Shown here in pieces: positions 9,215-18,593 of a DNA stretch of 64,000 nt (position 1 is the first letter of the stretch; each line of letters starts with the position of its first letter). The notes under the pieces were generated by a model. It searched no databases. It saw only the letters and a list, made by a program, of their open reading frames with translations, and was not told where the DNA came from. The stretch covers positions 34,719-98,718 of the forward strand of contig JANXBY010000003.1 of NCBI GenBank assembly GCA_025060455.1. The letters are read 5' to 3'. This DNA is from Armatimonadota bacterium (lineage in GTDB: Bacteria > Sysuimicrobiota > Sysuimicrobiia > Sysuimicrobiales > Sysuimicrobiaceae). A program made the translations under genes and the position numbers.

Positions 9215-10942
9215 ATGGGCAGCCGCAGGTTCTGGACCCTGGTCCGCGGCCATCTGCGCGCCTACCTGCTGGGATACGCGGCGGCGGTGGGTGCGGTGGC
9301 CGCGGCGCAGGTATCCCCCTGGGTCCTGCGGGGCGCGGTGGACCGCCTGCAGCACGCGGCGCCAGCGGTGGAAGCCCTGGCGGCGGCGCTGCTGGGGCTG
9401 GCCCTGGTAGAGGCGGCCTTCAGCTACGCCATGCGCTGGCAGATTTTGGGTGCCGCCTTCCGGATCGAGGCACAGCTGCGGGAGGAGCTGTTCGCGCACC
9501 TGCAACGCCTGGACGCCACCTTCTTCCACCGGTGGCGCACGGGCGACCTGATGGCCCGCGCGGTCAGCGACGTGCGCGCGGTGCAGCGGTTTGCGGGCGT
9601 GGGGCTGATGCGGTCCTTCCACACCGCGCTGATGGTCACCAGCTCTGTGGCCTTCATGTTGGCCACCAGCCCCCGCCTCACCGCGGTCACCATGGGGATC
9701 CTGCCCGGCGCCACGGTGCTGTTCGTGGTCCTGGGCCGGCAGGTCCACCGCCGGTTCGAGCGGGTGCAGGAGCGTCTGAGCGACCTGTCGGTGCTGGGCC
9801 AGGAAAACTTCAGCGGCATCCGGGTGGTCAAGGCCTTCGCCCGGGAGGCCTTGGAGGTGCGCCGCTTCCGCGCCTCCGCGGAGGAGCTAGCCCGTGCCCA
9901 GGTCCACCTGGCGCGGGTGCAGGGGGCCCTGTGGCCTGCGGTGGGCTTGGTGCTGGGCACCGCGGCGGTGGCCCTGCTGTGGGAAGGGGGCCAGCTGGTG
10001 GCCTCCGGGCAGCTCACCCTGGGCCAGCTGGTGCAGTTCTCGTACTACCTGGCCCGGCTCAGCTTCCCCATGATCGCCGCGGGGTGGGTGCTGAACCTGT
10101 GGCAGCAGGGCCGCACGTCCATGGCTCGGCTGGAGGAGGTTTTCCGGGCGAAGCCGCAGGTGCAGGACCCCCCGGTCCCCGTGGTGCTGCCCCAGGTGCA
10201 GGGGGAGGTGGAGTTCCGGGGCGTGTGGTTCGCGTACGACGGCCGCTTTGTACTGCGCGGGGTGGACCTGCACATCCCCGCGGGCCGCACGGTGGCCCTG
10301 GTGGGTCCCACGGGCTCGGGCAAGACCACCCTGGTGAGCCTGGTGCCGCGGCTGTTTGACCCGAGCCGGGGCGCGGTCCTGCTGGACGGGGTGGACCTGC
10401 GCCGCCTTCCCCTGCGCACGGTGCGCAAGGCGGTGGGCTTTGTCCCTCAGGACCCGTTCCTGTTCAGCGACACCCTCTTGGCCAACGTGGCCTTCGGCGC
10501 CGCGGACGAGGCTCAGGCGCGGGAGGCCATGCGGGTGGCGGGGCTCCTCAAGGACCTGAGCCAGCTGCCCGAGCGCGAGCGGACGGTGGTGGGGGAACGG
10601 GGCGTCAGCCTGTCCGGAGGCCAGCGGCAGCGGGCGGCATTAGCGAGGGCCCTGGCTCAAGACCCGCGGGTGCTGATCCTGGACGACGCCTTGAGCAGCG
10701 TGGACGCGCAGACGGAGGCGGAGATCGTGGCGGAGCTTCGGCGCTGGCTGCGCTCCCGCACCGCGGTGGTGATCACCCACCGGCTGGCGGCCCTGGAGGA
10801 GGTGGATTGGATCGTGGTGCTGGCCGGGGGGCGCGTGGCCGAACAAGGCACCCACCGGGACCTGATCCGGCAAGGCGGGGTGTACGCGGAACTGTACGAG
10901 CAGCAGCGGCTGCGGGAGCTGCTGGAGGCGGAGGCGCCGTGA
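9215..10942 (+). CDS. ABC exporter, fused permease/ATP-binding subunit (MdlA/type I exporter-like)
   Basis: Six-TM N-terminal domain. C-terminal NBD with Walker A GPTGSGKTT, signature LSGGQRQR and Walker B LILDDALSSVD. Confidence 0.8.
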   Translation: MGSRRFWTLVRGHLRAYLLGYAAAVGAVAAAQVSPWVLRGAVDRLQHAAPAVEALAAALLGLALVEAAFSYAMRWQILGAAFRIEAQLREELFAHLQRLDATFFHRWRTGDLMARAVSDVRAVQRFAGVGLMRSFHTALMVTSSVAFMLATSPRLTAVTMGILPGATVLFVVLGRQVHRRFERVQERLSDLSVLGQENFSGIRVVKAFAREALEVRRFRASAEELARAQVHLARVQGALWPAVGLVLGTAAVALLWEGGQLVASGQLTLGQLVQFSYYLARLSFPMIAAGWVLNLWQQGRTSMARLEEVFRAKPQVQDPPVPVVLPQVQGEVEFRGVWFAYDGRFVLRGVDLHIPAGRTVALVGPTGSGKTTLVSLVPRLFDPSRGAVLLDGVDLRRLPLRTVRKAVGFVPQDPFLFSDTLLANVAFGAADEAQAREAMRVAGLLKDLSQLPERERTVVGERGVSLSGGQRQRAALARALAQDPRVLILDDALSSVDAQTEAEIVAELRRWLRSRTAVVITHRLAALEEVDWIVVLAGGRVAEQGTHRDLIRQGGVYAELYEQQRLRELLEAEAP

Positions 10943-12771
10943 CCGTCCCCGGCGACGAGGAAGAGGCTGTCGGCACGCCGGACCGCCGGACGGTGGGGCG
11001 GCTGCTGGCGTACGTGTGGCCCTACCGGGTTCAGGTGGTGGCGGCCGCAGGGCTCCTCCTGGTGACTTCCGCCGCGGACCTGGCAGGCCCCCAGCTGTAC
11101 CGGGTGGCCATCGACCGGTACATCGCGCCCCGTTCGGGCTCCCCGGACGTGTGGGGGCTGTCGAAGTTGGCCGCGGCGTACCTCGCGGTGCTGACGGTAG
11201 GGTTCGCCGCCCGCTGGGCGCAGAACGTGCTGATGCAGGCCGCGGGCCAGAGGGCCATGGCGGACCTACGGACGGATCTGTTCGCGCACCTTCAACGCCT
11301 GCCCGTGGCTTTCTTCCACCGCCACCCCGTGGGTCGGCTGGTTACGCGGGTGACCCACGACGTGGACAGCCTGAACGAGCTGTTGACCTCGGGTCTGGTG
11401 GCGGTGTTCGGGGACCTGTTGACCCTGCTGGGGGTGGTGGCCGCCATGCTGTGGCTGGACTGGCGGCTGGCGCTGGTGGTCCTGGCAGTCCTGCCCCTCG
11501 TGTACGGGGTCACCGAACGCTTCCGGAGGCGGGCCCTGCAGGCGTACCGGGCCGTGCGGAGCCGCCTGGCGCGGCTGAACGCGTACCTCAACGAACGGAT
11601 CACGGGGATGTCCACGGTGCAGCTGTTCGGCAAGGAGCCGCGGGCCCGGGCCCAGTTCCGCGAGCTGAACGAGGACCACCTGCAGGCCAACCTGGCGTCT
11701 GTGGCCAACATGGCCCAGTTCTTCCCCGCGGTGCAGGTCCTGGGGACCCTGACGGTAGCCCTGCTGCTGTGGGTGGGCGGGGGCCGGGTGGTGCAGGGCT
11801 GGGTCACCCTGGGGGTTCTGGTGGCCATGATCCAGTACGCGGAGCGGCTGTTCGACCCCATCCGGGAGCTGGCGGAGAAGTTCAACCTGCTACAGCAGGC
11901 GGTGGCCAGCAGCGAGCGGATCTTCCGGCTGCTGGACGAGCCCGTCACGCTGCAGGACCCGGCGGCCCCGGTCTCCCTCGGCCGGGTTCGGGGCGCGGTG
12001 GAGTTCCAAGACGTGTGGTTTTCCTACCACACCCCAAAGGCGGTTCAGGACGAGGTGGGCTGGGCACTCCGGGGCGTGTCTTTCCGGGTAGAGCCGGGCC
12101 AGAGGGTGGCCCTGGTAGGCCCCACGGGCGCCGGGAAGAGCTCTGTGGTGCAGCTGCTGTGCCGGTTCTACGACCCCCAGCGGGGGAGGGTGCTGCTGGA
12201 CGGGGTAGACGTGCGGGCGGTGCGCCAACAAGACCTGCGGCGCCACGTGGGCTTGGTGCTACAGGACGTCTTCCTGTTCTCCGGTACGATCCTGGACAAC
12301 ATCCGGCTGTGGGATCCTGACGTCCCGTTGGAGCGGGTCCGGGAGGCCGCCCGGCGGGCCGGCGCGGAAGGGTTCATCGAGCGCCTCCCGAAAGGCTACC
12401 TGACGGAGGTGGGGGAGCGGGGCGTGCGCCTCTCCGCGGGCCAGCGGCAGCTCATCGCCCTAGCGCGGGCCTTGCTACAGGACCCCGCGGTGCTGGTGGT
12501 GCTGGACGAAGCCACCAGCAGCGTGGATGCGGAGACGGAGCGGGAGGTGCTCCAGGCGCTGCGCGGCAGCCTGCAGGGGCGGACGGTGTTCGTGGTGGCC
12601 CACCGCCTGGCCACGGTGCAGGACGTAGACCGGATCCTGGTGCTGCACCGGGGGCGCCTGGTGGAGGAGGGTACGCACCGGGAGCTCCTGGCCCGGGACG
12701 GCGTCTATGCGAAGTTGTACAGGCTGCAGACAGGTCGGCTGTGGCAGCCCGACGGGGGAGGTGGCAGGTGA
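10939..12771 (+). CDS. ABC exporter, fused permease/ATP-binding subunit (heterodimer partner)
   Basis: Second TMD-NBD protein (GPTGAGKSS, LSAGQRQL, VVLDEATSSVD). GTG start overlaps the upstream stop (GTGA), indicating translational coupling. Confidence 0.8.
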   Translation: MTVPGDEEEAVGTPDRRTVGRLLAYVWPYRVQVVAAAGLLLVTSAADLAGPQLYRVAIDRYIAPRSGSPDVWGLSKLAAAYLAVLTVGFAARWAQNVLMQAAGQRAMADLRTDLFAHLQRLPVAFFHRHPVGRLVTRVTHDVDSLNELLTSGLVAVFGDLLTLLGVVAAMLWLDWRLALVVLAVLPLVYGVTERFRRRALQAYRAVRSRLARLNAYLNERITGMSTVQLFGKEPRARAQFRELNEDHLQANLASVANMAQFFPAVQVLGTLTVALLLWVGGGRVVQGWVTLGVLVAMIQYAERLFDPIRELAEKFNLLQQAVASSERIFRLLDEPVTLQDPAAPVSLGRVRGAVEFQDVWFSYHTPKAVQDEVGWALRGVSFRVEPGQRVALVGPTGAGKSSVVQLLCRFYDPQRGRVLLDGVDVRAVRQQDLRRHVGLVLQDVFLFSGTILDNIRLWDPDVPLERVREAARRAGAEGFIERLPKGYLTEVGERGVRLSAGQRQLIALARALLQDPAVLVVLDEATSSVDAETEREVLQALRGSLQGRTVFVVAHRLATVQDVDRILVLHRGRLVEEGTHRELLARDGVYAKLYRLQTGRLWQPDGGGGR

Positions 12772-13109
12772 GCGAGCAGCGGCTGCTGGAGGAACTGCGG
12801 GCCGTGGTAGCGGAGGCGGTGGCGGAGCGGCGGGGGCTGGTGGCGTTCACCCGGCTGGCCGCGGCAGACCTAGACCGGATGGCCCGGCAGACGGAGCACC
12901 GGGCGCTGCTGGCGGTGTGGTCCCGCCTGCCGGAGGACGTGCGCCAACCACCCCTCCCGCAGGTGCTGGACGCCCTGCGGGCCATGCAGCGGGAGTTGGA
13001 CGAACTGGAGGCCCGGCAGGACATCCGCCCCGAGTCCCGCTCCCTGGCACGGGATGAGGTGGTGTGGCAGACCTTCGAGCGCGTCGCGGGGCTGCTGGGG
13101 GTGCTCTAG
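12768..13109 (+). CDS. Hypothetical helical protein (~113 aa), translationally coupled to the ABC exporter pair
   Basis: GTGA overlap with the stop of the second ABC gene. Protein-like composition with no recognisable domain. It converges on the S1 gene 10 nt away. Confidence 0.45.
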   Translation: MSEQRLLEELRAVVAEAVAERRGLVAFTRLAAADLDRMARQTEHRALLAVWSRLPEDVRQPPLPQVLDALRAMQRELDELEARQDIRPESRSLARDEVVWQTFERVAGLLGVL

Positions 13110-13119
13110 CCCCTTGGGC

Positions 13120-13515
13120 TCAGCGCCGGCGGCGGCCGCCGCCCCGCTTGGCTTCCGTGTTCCGCTTCAGGTCCAGCAGGCGCTCCTCACTCTGCCGCAG
13201 GAACGCCTTCAGCTTCTCCTCGAAAGTGGTGCGTTGCTTCTGGCGGTTGGCCCGCTCTTCCGGGCTTAAGGCCTGCTTGACGGACAGGTCGAGCTTGCCC
13301 CGCTCGTTGAGCCCCAGGACCTTGACCCGGACCGTCTGCCCCTCCCGCAGGTACTCCCGGATGTCCCGCACGAAGGTGTCGGCGATCTCGGAGATGTGCA
13401 CCAGTCCGCTGCGGCCGTCCGGGAGGTCCACGAAGGCGCCGTAGCTGGTGATCTTGGCCACGACCCCTTCAACGATCTGCCCCGCTTCCACCGCCTGCTG
13501 CGGGTTCGTGCTCAT
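13120..13515 (-). CDS. S1 RNA-binding domain protein (YugI / general stress protein 13-like)
   Basis: Single S1 domain (GQIVEGVVAKITSYGAFVDL...GLVHISEIA) with a basic C-terminal tail. A TACAAT -10 lies upstream on the minus strand. Confidence 0.8.
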   Translation of the reverse strand: MSTNPQQAVEAGQIVEGVVAKITSYGAFVDLPDGRSGLVHISEIADTFVRDIREYLREGQTVRVKVLGLNERGKLDLSVKQALSPEERANRQKQRTTFEEKLKAFLRQSEERLLDLKRNTEAKRGGGRRRR

Positions 13516-13722
13516 GCGACCTCACAACACCCCCGCTCCCGAAGTCCGCTTGCATTGTAGGGAGGAGGGTGCCGGCCGTCAACGCGCCTGCCTTCGGCAC
13601 CGGGCGATCAACAGCTTGCGGCGGACGGGGGCCGGCGTGGCCCCGGGCTTGCCCCGCTCGACCCGACCGGGAGCCGGGTTCGGGTTAGGATAAAGGGGAC
13701 GCACGGCGGTGGGAGGTCGGAT

Positions 13723-14412
13723 TTGCTGCGGGGTAAACGCATCCTGGTAACCTCCGGACCCACCCGGGCTCCCCTGGACGCGGTGCGGTTCATCAGCAAC
13801 AAGGGGTCGGGGCGCACCGGCGCCCTGGTGGCGGAGCTGGCCCTGAGGGCGGGGGCGTCGGTGACCTACGTGTACGGCCGGGGAGCCCAGCTGCCCCAGA
13901 TCCGGGCGCGGGGCCGCGACCACCTACGCCTGATCCCCGTCGAGACCGTGGACGACCTGGTGAACGTGTTCCGGGAGGAGCTGCCCACGGGCTACGACGC
14001 CGTGGTGCACCCCATGGCGGTGTTGGACTTCGCGCCCGCGGAGGTGCGGCGGGAGAAGGTGGGGTCGGAGGAGGCGTGGGTGGTGCGGCTGGTGCCAACC
14101 CCGAAGGCCATCCAGCTGGTGAAGGAGCTGAGCCCCCGCACCTTCCTGGTGGGGTTCAAGCTGGAGGTAGGCAAGACCCGGGAGGAGCTGGTGCGCATCG
14201 CCCACGAGTCCCTGGTCCGGAACCAGGCGGACGTAATGGTGGCCAACGACCTGGAGGAGATTGACCGGGGAGTGCACCGGGGTTACTTCGTGGGCCCAGA
14301 CGGACGGGTGTTGCGGGTGGCCGAAGGCAAGGAGGAGATCGCCCGCGCGGTGGTGGAGCTTCTGGAGGAGCGGCTCGACGGACCGTCGGACGGGGCAGGG
14401 AGGACAACATGA
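13723..14412 (+). CDS. coaB: Phosphopantothenate--cysteine ligase domain protein (stand-alone CoaB-like, no CoaC domain)
   Basis: CoaB signature ILVTSGPTRAPLDAVRFISNKGSGRTG. TTG start follows GGGAGGT. Only about 229 aa, so no flavoprotein CoaC half. Confidence 0.65.
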   Translation: MLRGKRILVTSGPTRAPLDAVRFISNKGSGRTGALVAELALRAGASVTYVYGRGAQLPQIRARGRDHLRLIPVETVDDLVNVFREELPTGYDAVVHPMAVLDFAPAEVRREKVGSEEAWVVRLVPTPKAIQLVKELSPRTFLVGFKLEVGKTREELVRIAHESLVRNQADVMVANDLEEIDRGVHRGYFVGPDGRVLRVAEGKEEIARAVVELLEERLDGPSDGAGRTT

Positions 14413-14783
14413 GCCGGTTCGAGGAAGGCCTGCAGGTGCGCAAGGCGGTGATGGGCGAGGAGTACGTGGAGCGCAGCTTCCAGGAAGCGGACGAGTTCAC
14501 CCGTCCGTTCCAGGAGCTCGTGACGGAGTACGCGTGGGGGGCTGTGTGGGCGCGGCCGGGCCTCCCGAGGAAGGTCCGTAGCCTCCTCACGGTGGCGGTC
14601 ACCGCGGCCCTGAACCGCCCGCACGAGCTCCGGCTGCATTTGCGGGGCGCCCTGCGCAACGGCTGTACCCCGGAGGAGATCCGGGAGACGCTGCTGCAGG
14701 TGGCGGTGTACGCGGGCATGCCCGCGGGCCTGGACGCCTTCCGCGTGGCGCGGGAGGTCCTGGAGGAAGCCCGCGGGGCGTAG
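14409..14783 (+). CDS. Carboxymuconolactone decarboxylase (CMD) family protein
   Basis: CMD/AhpD-like fold motifs. ATGA overlap with the coaB-like stop. Confidence 0.7.
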   Translation: MSRFEEGLQVRKAVMGEEYVERSFQEADEFTRPFQELVTEYAWGAVWARPGLPRKVRSLLTVAVTAALNRPHELRLHLRGALRNGCTPEEIRETLLQVAVYAGMPAGLDAFRVAREVLEEARGA

Positions 14784-14841
14784 GTGGCGCGGCGCCGGTC
14801 AGGGATCTTACCATCGGGGCAGACGACGGCGGAGGTGCGGA

Positions 14842-15933
14842 ATGACGGCCAGTTACCGGGCGGACCAGGTGGGCAGCCTGTTGCGGCCGCAGGAGCTGCT
14901 GGAGGCACGCTACCGCGGCGCGTCGGAGGAAGAGCTGCGGCCCCTGGAGGACCGGCACATCCTCCGGCTGCTGGACCGGCAGCGGGAGCTGGGGGTGGAC
15001 GTGTTCACCGACGGCGAGCTGCGGCGCCGGAACTTCATGAGCGACCTCATGGACTCGGTGGAAGGGTTCGACTTCCGGGAGGCGCTGCCGCGCAGCTGGA
15101 AAGGAGAGGGGCAGGCGCCGCCCGCCAGCGTCACCGGGGTGGTGGTCTCCCGTCTTCGGCAGGTCCGCCGGCTCACCGAGCACGAGGTGCGTTTCCTGCG
15201 GCAGCACAGCCCGGGCCCGTTCAAGATCACCCTACCGAGCGCCAACCAGTTCCCCGCCATCGCGTTCAAGAAGGGTGTCACCGACCGGGTGTACCGGGAC
15301 CACTCGGAGCTGTTGTGGGACATCGTGCCCATCGTGCGGCGAGAGGTGGAAGCTCTGGTGGCGGAGGGCGTGCCGTACGTGCAGATCGACGCACCTCGGT
15401 ACAGCTACTACATCGACCCCCGCTGGCGCCAGTACATCCGGGACGAGATGGGGGTGGAGCCCGAGGTGGCCCTGGAGGAGGCCATCCGGGCGGACAACGC
15501 TTGCCTGGAGGGGCTTCGGGGCCGGGGGACGGTGCTGGCCATCCACCTGTGCCGTGGGAACAACCGCAGCCAGTGGTACGCGGAGGGCGGGTACGACGCC
15601 ATCGCGGAGAAGCTGTTCGGCGAGCTGCAGGTGGACCGGTTCCTCCTGGAGTACGACGACGAGCGATCGGGCACCTTCGAGCCCCTGCGGTTCGTGCCCG
15701 CGGACAAGACCGTGGTGCTGGGGCTGGTAAGCACCAAGCGCCCGCAGCTGGAGTCCCAGGATACTCTCCTGAGGCGCCTAGAGGAGGCCAGCCGCTACGT
15801 TCCCCTGGACCGGTTGGCCCTGAGCCCCCAGTGCGGCTTCGCCTCCGTGATGGAGGGTAACCTCCTCAGCGAGGCGGACCAGTGGGCGAAGCTGCAGCTG
15901 GTGGTGGACACCGCGCGCCGAGTCTGGGGCTAG
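14842..15933 (+). CDS. Cobalamin-independent methionine synthase II family protein (MetE C-terminal domain-like)
   Basis: Family signature at the N-terminus (DQVGSLLRPQELLEA) and zinc-binding C-terminal motifs typical of MetE-like methyltransferases. Confidence 0.7.
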   Translation: MTASYRADQVGSLLRPQELLEARYRGASEEELRPLEDRHILRLLDRQRELGVDVFTDGELRRRNFMSDLMDSVEGFDFREALPRSWKGEGQAPPASVTGVVVSRLRQVRRLTEHEVRFLRQHSPGPFKITLPSANQFPAIAFKKGVTDRVYRDHSELLWDIVPIVRREVEALVAEGVPYVQIDAPRYSYYIDPRWRQYIRDEMGVEPEVALEEAIRADNACLEGLRGRGTVLAIHLCRGNNRSQWYAEGGYDAIAEKLFGELQVDRFLLEYDDERSGTFEPLRFVPADKTVVLGLVSTKRPQLESQDTLLRRLEEASRYVPLDRLALSPQCGFASVMEGNLLSEADQWAKLQLVVDTARRVWG

Positions 15934-16032
15934 GACCGGCCGGAGTCCGCCGGCCCCGCGGCCCAGGCGCTGGCTTCCCTGTTCGTCATATATCCTTGAC
16001 GTAGTTTTTCTATCGTTGCCTAGCCTGCAGCC

Positions 16033-17081
16033 GTGGGGCGGCGGGTGCCGGTGGAGCTGGAAAGCAGGGTGCGCAGGGTCCGGCAGTCCCGGGGCCTGTC
16101 GCAGGCGGAGCTGGCCCGGGCCGTGGGGCTGTCCCCGCAGGCGCTGTCCGCGGTGGAAGCCGGCCGCTACGTGCCGAACACCGCGGTGGCGCTGCGCCTG
16201 GCGCAGGTGCTGGGGTGTGCCGTGGAGGACCTGTTCGTCGGGCTGCCACCTCCACGGTGCAGGTGCTCCTGGCGGAGGAGACACCGGCCACGCGGGTGCG
16301 GGTGGGCCGCATCCGGTACCGGCTGGTAGCCTGGCCCATGCAGGGCGCCTGGGCGTACGCTCCCGCGGACGGCACCGTGGTGGGCCGTGACGGCCTTAAG
16401 GCGAGGGTCGCTGTTGCGGGGGGTGCGCCCGAACGGACCCTGTTTGTGGCCGGATGCGACCCGGCCCTGCGGATCGCGGGGCCTTGGCGGAGGCCACCGG
16501 GCGGGTGCGGGTCCACTGGATTCCCACCGGCAGCGTCCAGGCCCTGCAGGCAGCGGGCAAAGGGCTGGTGCACGTGGCGGGCACCCACCTCCACCCACCT
16601 GGAGACCCGGAGGGCGTGGGGACGATCCAGCGAGCCCTGGGGCGGAGGCGCGGTGGTGGTGACCCTGGCGAGGTGGGTGGAGGGCCTCCTGCTGCGGCCG
16701 GGCGTGCGGGTCCGTAGCGCCGAGGATCTCCTCCGCAGGGGCCTGCGGGTGGTGAACCGCGAGCAGGGCTCAGGAAGCTGTGTGGTTTTTGACCAGTGGC
16801 TCCGCAGCTTGGCAGTGCCCCCAGAAAAGGTGTCCGGCTACGGCCGTGAGTTGTCTACCCACCTTGCGGTGGCGGAGGCGGTGGCCGCGGGGTTTGCGGA
16901 CTTGGGCCCCGGGGTGCTGCCGGTAGCCCGGTTGTACGGCCTGGACTTCCTGCCCCTGACGGAGCCGTGCTACGACCTGGTGATTCCCCGGGACCTGGCG
17001 GACCACGAACCGGTTCGGGTCCTCCTGGAGGTGATCAGCCCAACACCCGCAGGGACCACGCGCAAGCTGGGGGTCCGATGA
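16033..17081 (+). pseudogene. XRE-type HTH + PBP_like (PF12727-type) regulator upstream of modAB, apparently disrupted by three frameshifts
   Basis: HTH ([47 protein letters not shown]) is in frame 1 up to about 16250. PBP_like segments then run in frame 0 (TLFVAGCDPALRIAG), frame 2 (ALAEATGRVRVHWIPTGSVQALQAAGKGLVHVAGTHLH) and frame 0 again (VVVTLARW...NREQGSGS...LDFLPLTEPCYDLVIPRD). Its last codons overlap the modA start (ATGA). Confidence 0.5.
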
Positions 17082-17854
17082 CGCGATTGGTGGCCTTGGC
17101 ATGTGTGGTCCTGCTGGCGGGGTACGCGGCGCCTGCGCCCGCGCAGCCCGCGCTGCTGGTGGCCGCGGCCGCCGACCTGAGGTATGCCTTCGAGGAGATC
17201 GGGGCTGCGTTCCACTCCCGGGGCGGCGTCCCCATCACCTTCTCCTTCGGTTCGTCGGGCCAGCTGGCTTTTCAGGTGGAGCACGGGGCACCCTTCGACG
17301 CGTTCTTCTCCGCCAACGAGGCGTTCGTCCACCGGCTGGCCGAACGCGGCCTCGTCGTACCGGACACGGTGCAGCTGTACGCCCTCGGGCGCATCGTCCT
17401 GTGGGTGCGCCGTGAAAGCGGCCTTCCCGTGGAGCGGGGGTTGAACGTCTTGACAGACCCCCGGGTGCGGTACGTGGCTCTCGCCAACCCGCAGCACGCG
17501 CCCTACGGGGAAGCCGCCCGTCAGGCCCTTCTGCGTTCCAGGCTGTACGAACGGCTGCGGCCGAAGCTGGTGTACGGAGAGAACGTGAACCAGACCCTGC
17601 AGCTGGTTCAGTCGGGAAACGCGGACGTGGGGATCGTAGCCCTGTCCCTGGCCCTGGCGCCGCCGGTATCCCGCGGAGGGCGGTTCTGGCTTGTTCCCCA
17701 ACGACTGCACGAACCCATCCGCCAGGCTGCAGGCGTGGTCACCCGTTCAGTGCGTCCGCGGGAGGCCCGTGCTTTCCTGGCGTTCGTCAACGGCCCGGAG
17801 GGCCGACCGGTGATGCGGCGGTACGGGTTTGTCCTCCCCGGGGAGGGTCCGTAG
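17078..17854 (+). CDS. modA: Molybdate ABC transporter substrate-binding protein
   Basis: Signal peptide followed by the ModA fold motifs (FSFGSSGQLAFQVEHGAPFDAFFSAN). ATG overlaps the upstream stop. Confidence 0.8.
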   Translation: MTRLVALACVVLLAGYAAPAPAQPALLVAAAADLRYAFEEIGAAFHSRGGVPITFSFGSSGQLAFQVEHGAPFDAFFSANEAFVHRLAERGLVVPDTVQLYALGRIVLWVRRESGLPVERGLNVLTDPRVRYVALANPQHAPYGEAARQALLRSRLYERLRPKLVYGENVNQTLQLVQSGNADVGIVALSLALAPPVSRGGRFWLVPQRLHEPIRQAAGVVTRSVRPREARAFLAFVNGPEGRPVMRRYGFVLPGEGP

Positions 17855-17887
17855 CTGGACGCAGCGCCCCTTTGGATCTCCCTGAAG

Positions 17888-18511
17888 GTGGCAACTGCGG
17901 CCACGCTGGTGGCGGGCGTGGTCGGCGTCGGGCTGGCGTACGTGCTGGCGGCGTGCAGATTTCCCGGCCGCGGTGTCCTGGAGGCGCTTACGTCGTTACC
18001 GTTGACCCTGCCGCCCACGGTGCTGGGGTACTACCTCCTGGTCCTCTTGGGCCGCCGGAGCCCGCTGGGAGCCTGGGTGGAGAGCACGTTTGGAGTGCCT
18101 TTGGTGTTCACCTGGCAGGGAGCCGTGGTGGCTGCCGCGGTGCCCTCGCTCCCGCTCGTGGTGCGGACGGTGCGGGCGGCGTTCGCGGAGGTGGCCGCGG
18201 AGGTGGTGGAGGCCGCCCGGATGGACGGCGCGGGCTGGTGGCACCAGTTCGCGTACGTGCTTCTCCCCCTGGCGCGCCGGGGCCTTGCCGCCGGGCTCTC
18301 GCTGGCCTTCGCGCGCGCGTTGGGGGACTTCGGGACCACCCTCATGGTGGCCGGCAACATCCCCGGCCGCACGCAGACCATGCCCATCGCCCTGTACGAC
18401 GCGGTGCAGGCCGGACGGTGGGACGCCGCGGCGGCCCTCGCCGCCGTCCTGGGGGCGGTGGCGGTGGCGGTGGTGGTGGCTGTGGGGCGGCTCGGAGAGC
18501 GGGTCGTCTGA
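17888..18511 (+). CDS. modB: Molybdate ABC transporter permease
   Basis: ModB motifs (PLVFTWQGAVVAAAVPSLPLVVRTV, EAARMDGAGWW). The conserved N-terminal PLWISLKVA is encoded just upstream of the first canonical start, so the real start may be a non-canonical codon near 17855. No modC follows. Confidence 0.7.
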   Translation: MATAATLVAGVVGVGLAYVLAACRFPGRGVLEALTSLPLTLPPTVLGYYLLVLLGRRSPLGAWVESTFGVPLVFTWQGAVVAAAVPSLPLVVRTVRAAFAEVAAEVVEAARMDGAGWWHQFAYVLLPLARRGLAAGLSLAFARALGDFGTTLMVAGNIPGRTQTMPIALYDAVQAGRWDAAAALAAVLGAVAVAVVVAVGRLGERVV

Positions 18512-18550
18512 GCGCTGCAGGCCCGTGGGGCCGCAACCTACTCTGTTCCA

Positions 18551-18593
18551 CTGCCCCCCCCCCAGGCCGAACGGCAGCGGGGAGGGGTCGGGG
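18551..18593. terminator. Candidate bidirectional terminator hairpin with C10 tract between convergent modB and Memo-like genes
   Basis: CTGCC-C10-AGGCCGAAC-GGCAG hairpin followed by a G-rich run (CGGGGAGGGGTCGGGG), in an 82-nt convergent intergenic gap. Confidence 0.25.

Noticed and set aside
15941-15962. Hairpin GGCCGG-AGTCCG-CCGGCC after the MetE-like gene as an intrinsic terminator
   Set aside because: No downstream U-tract. It could equally be a chance GC palindrome, so it is left unannotated.
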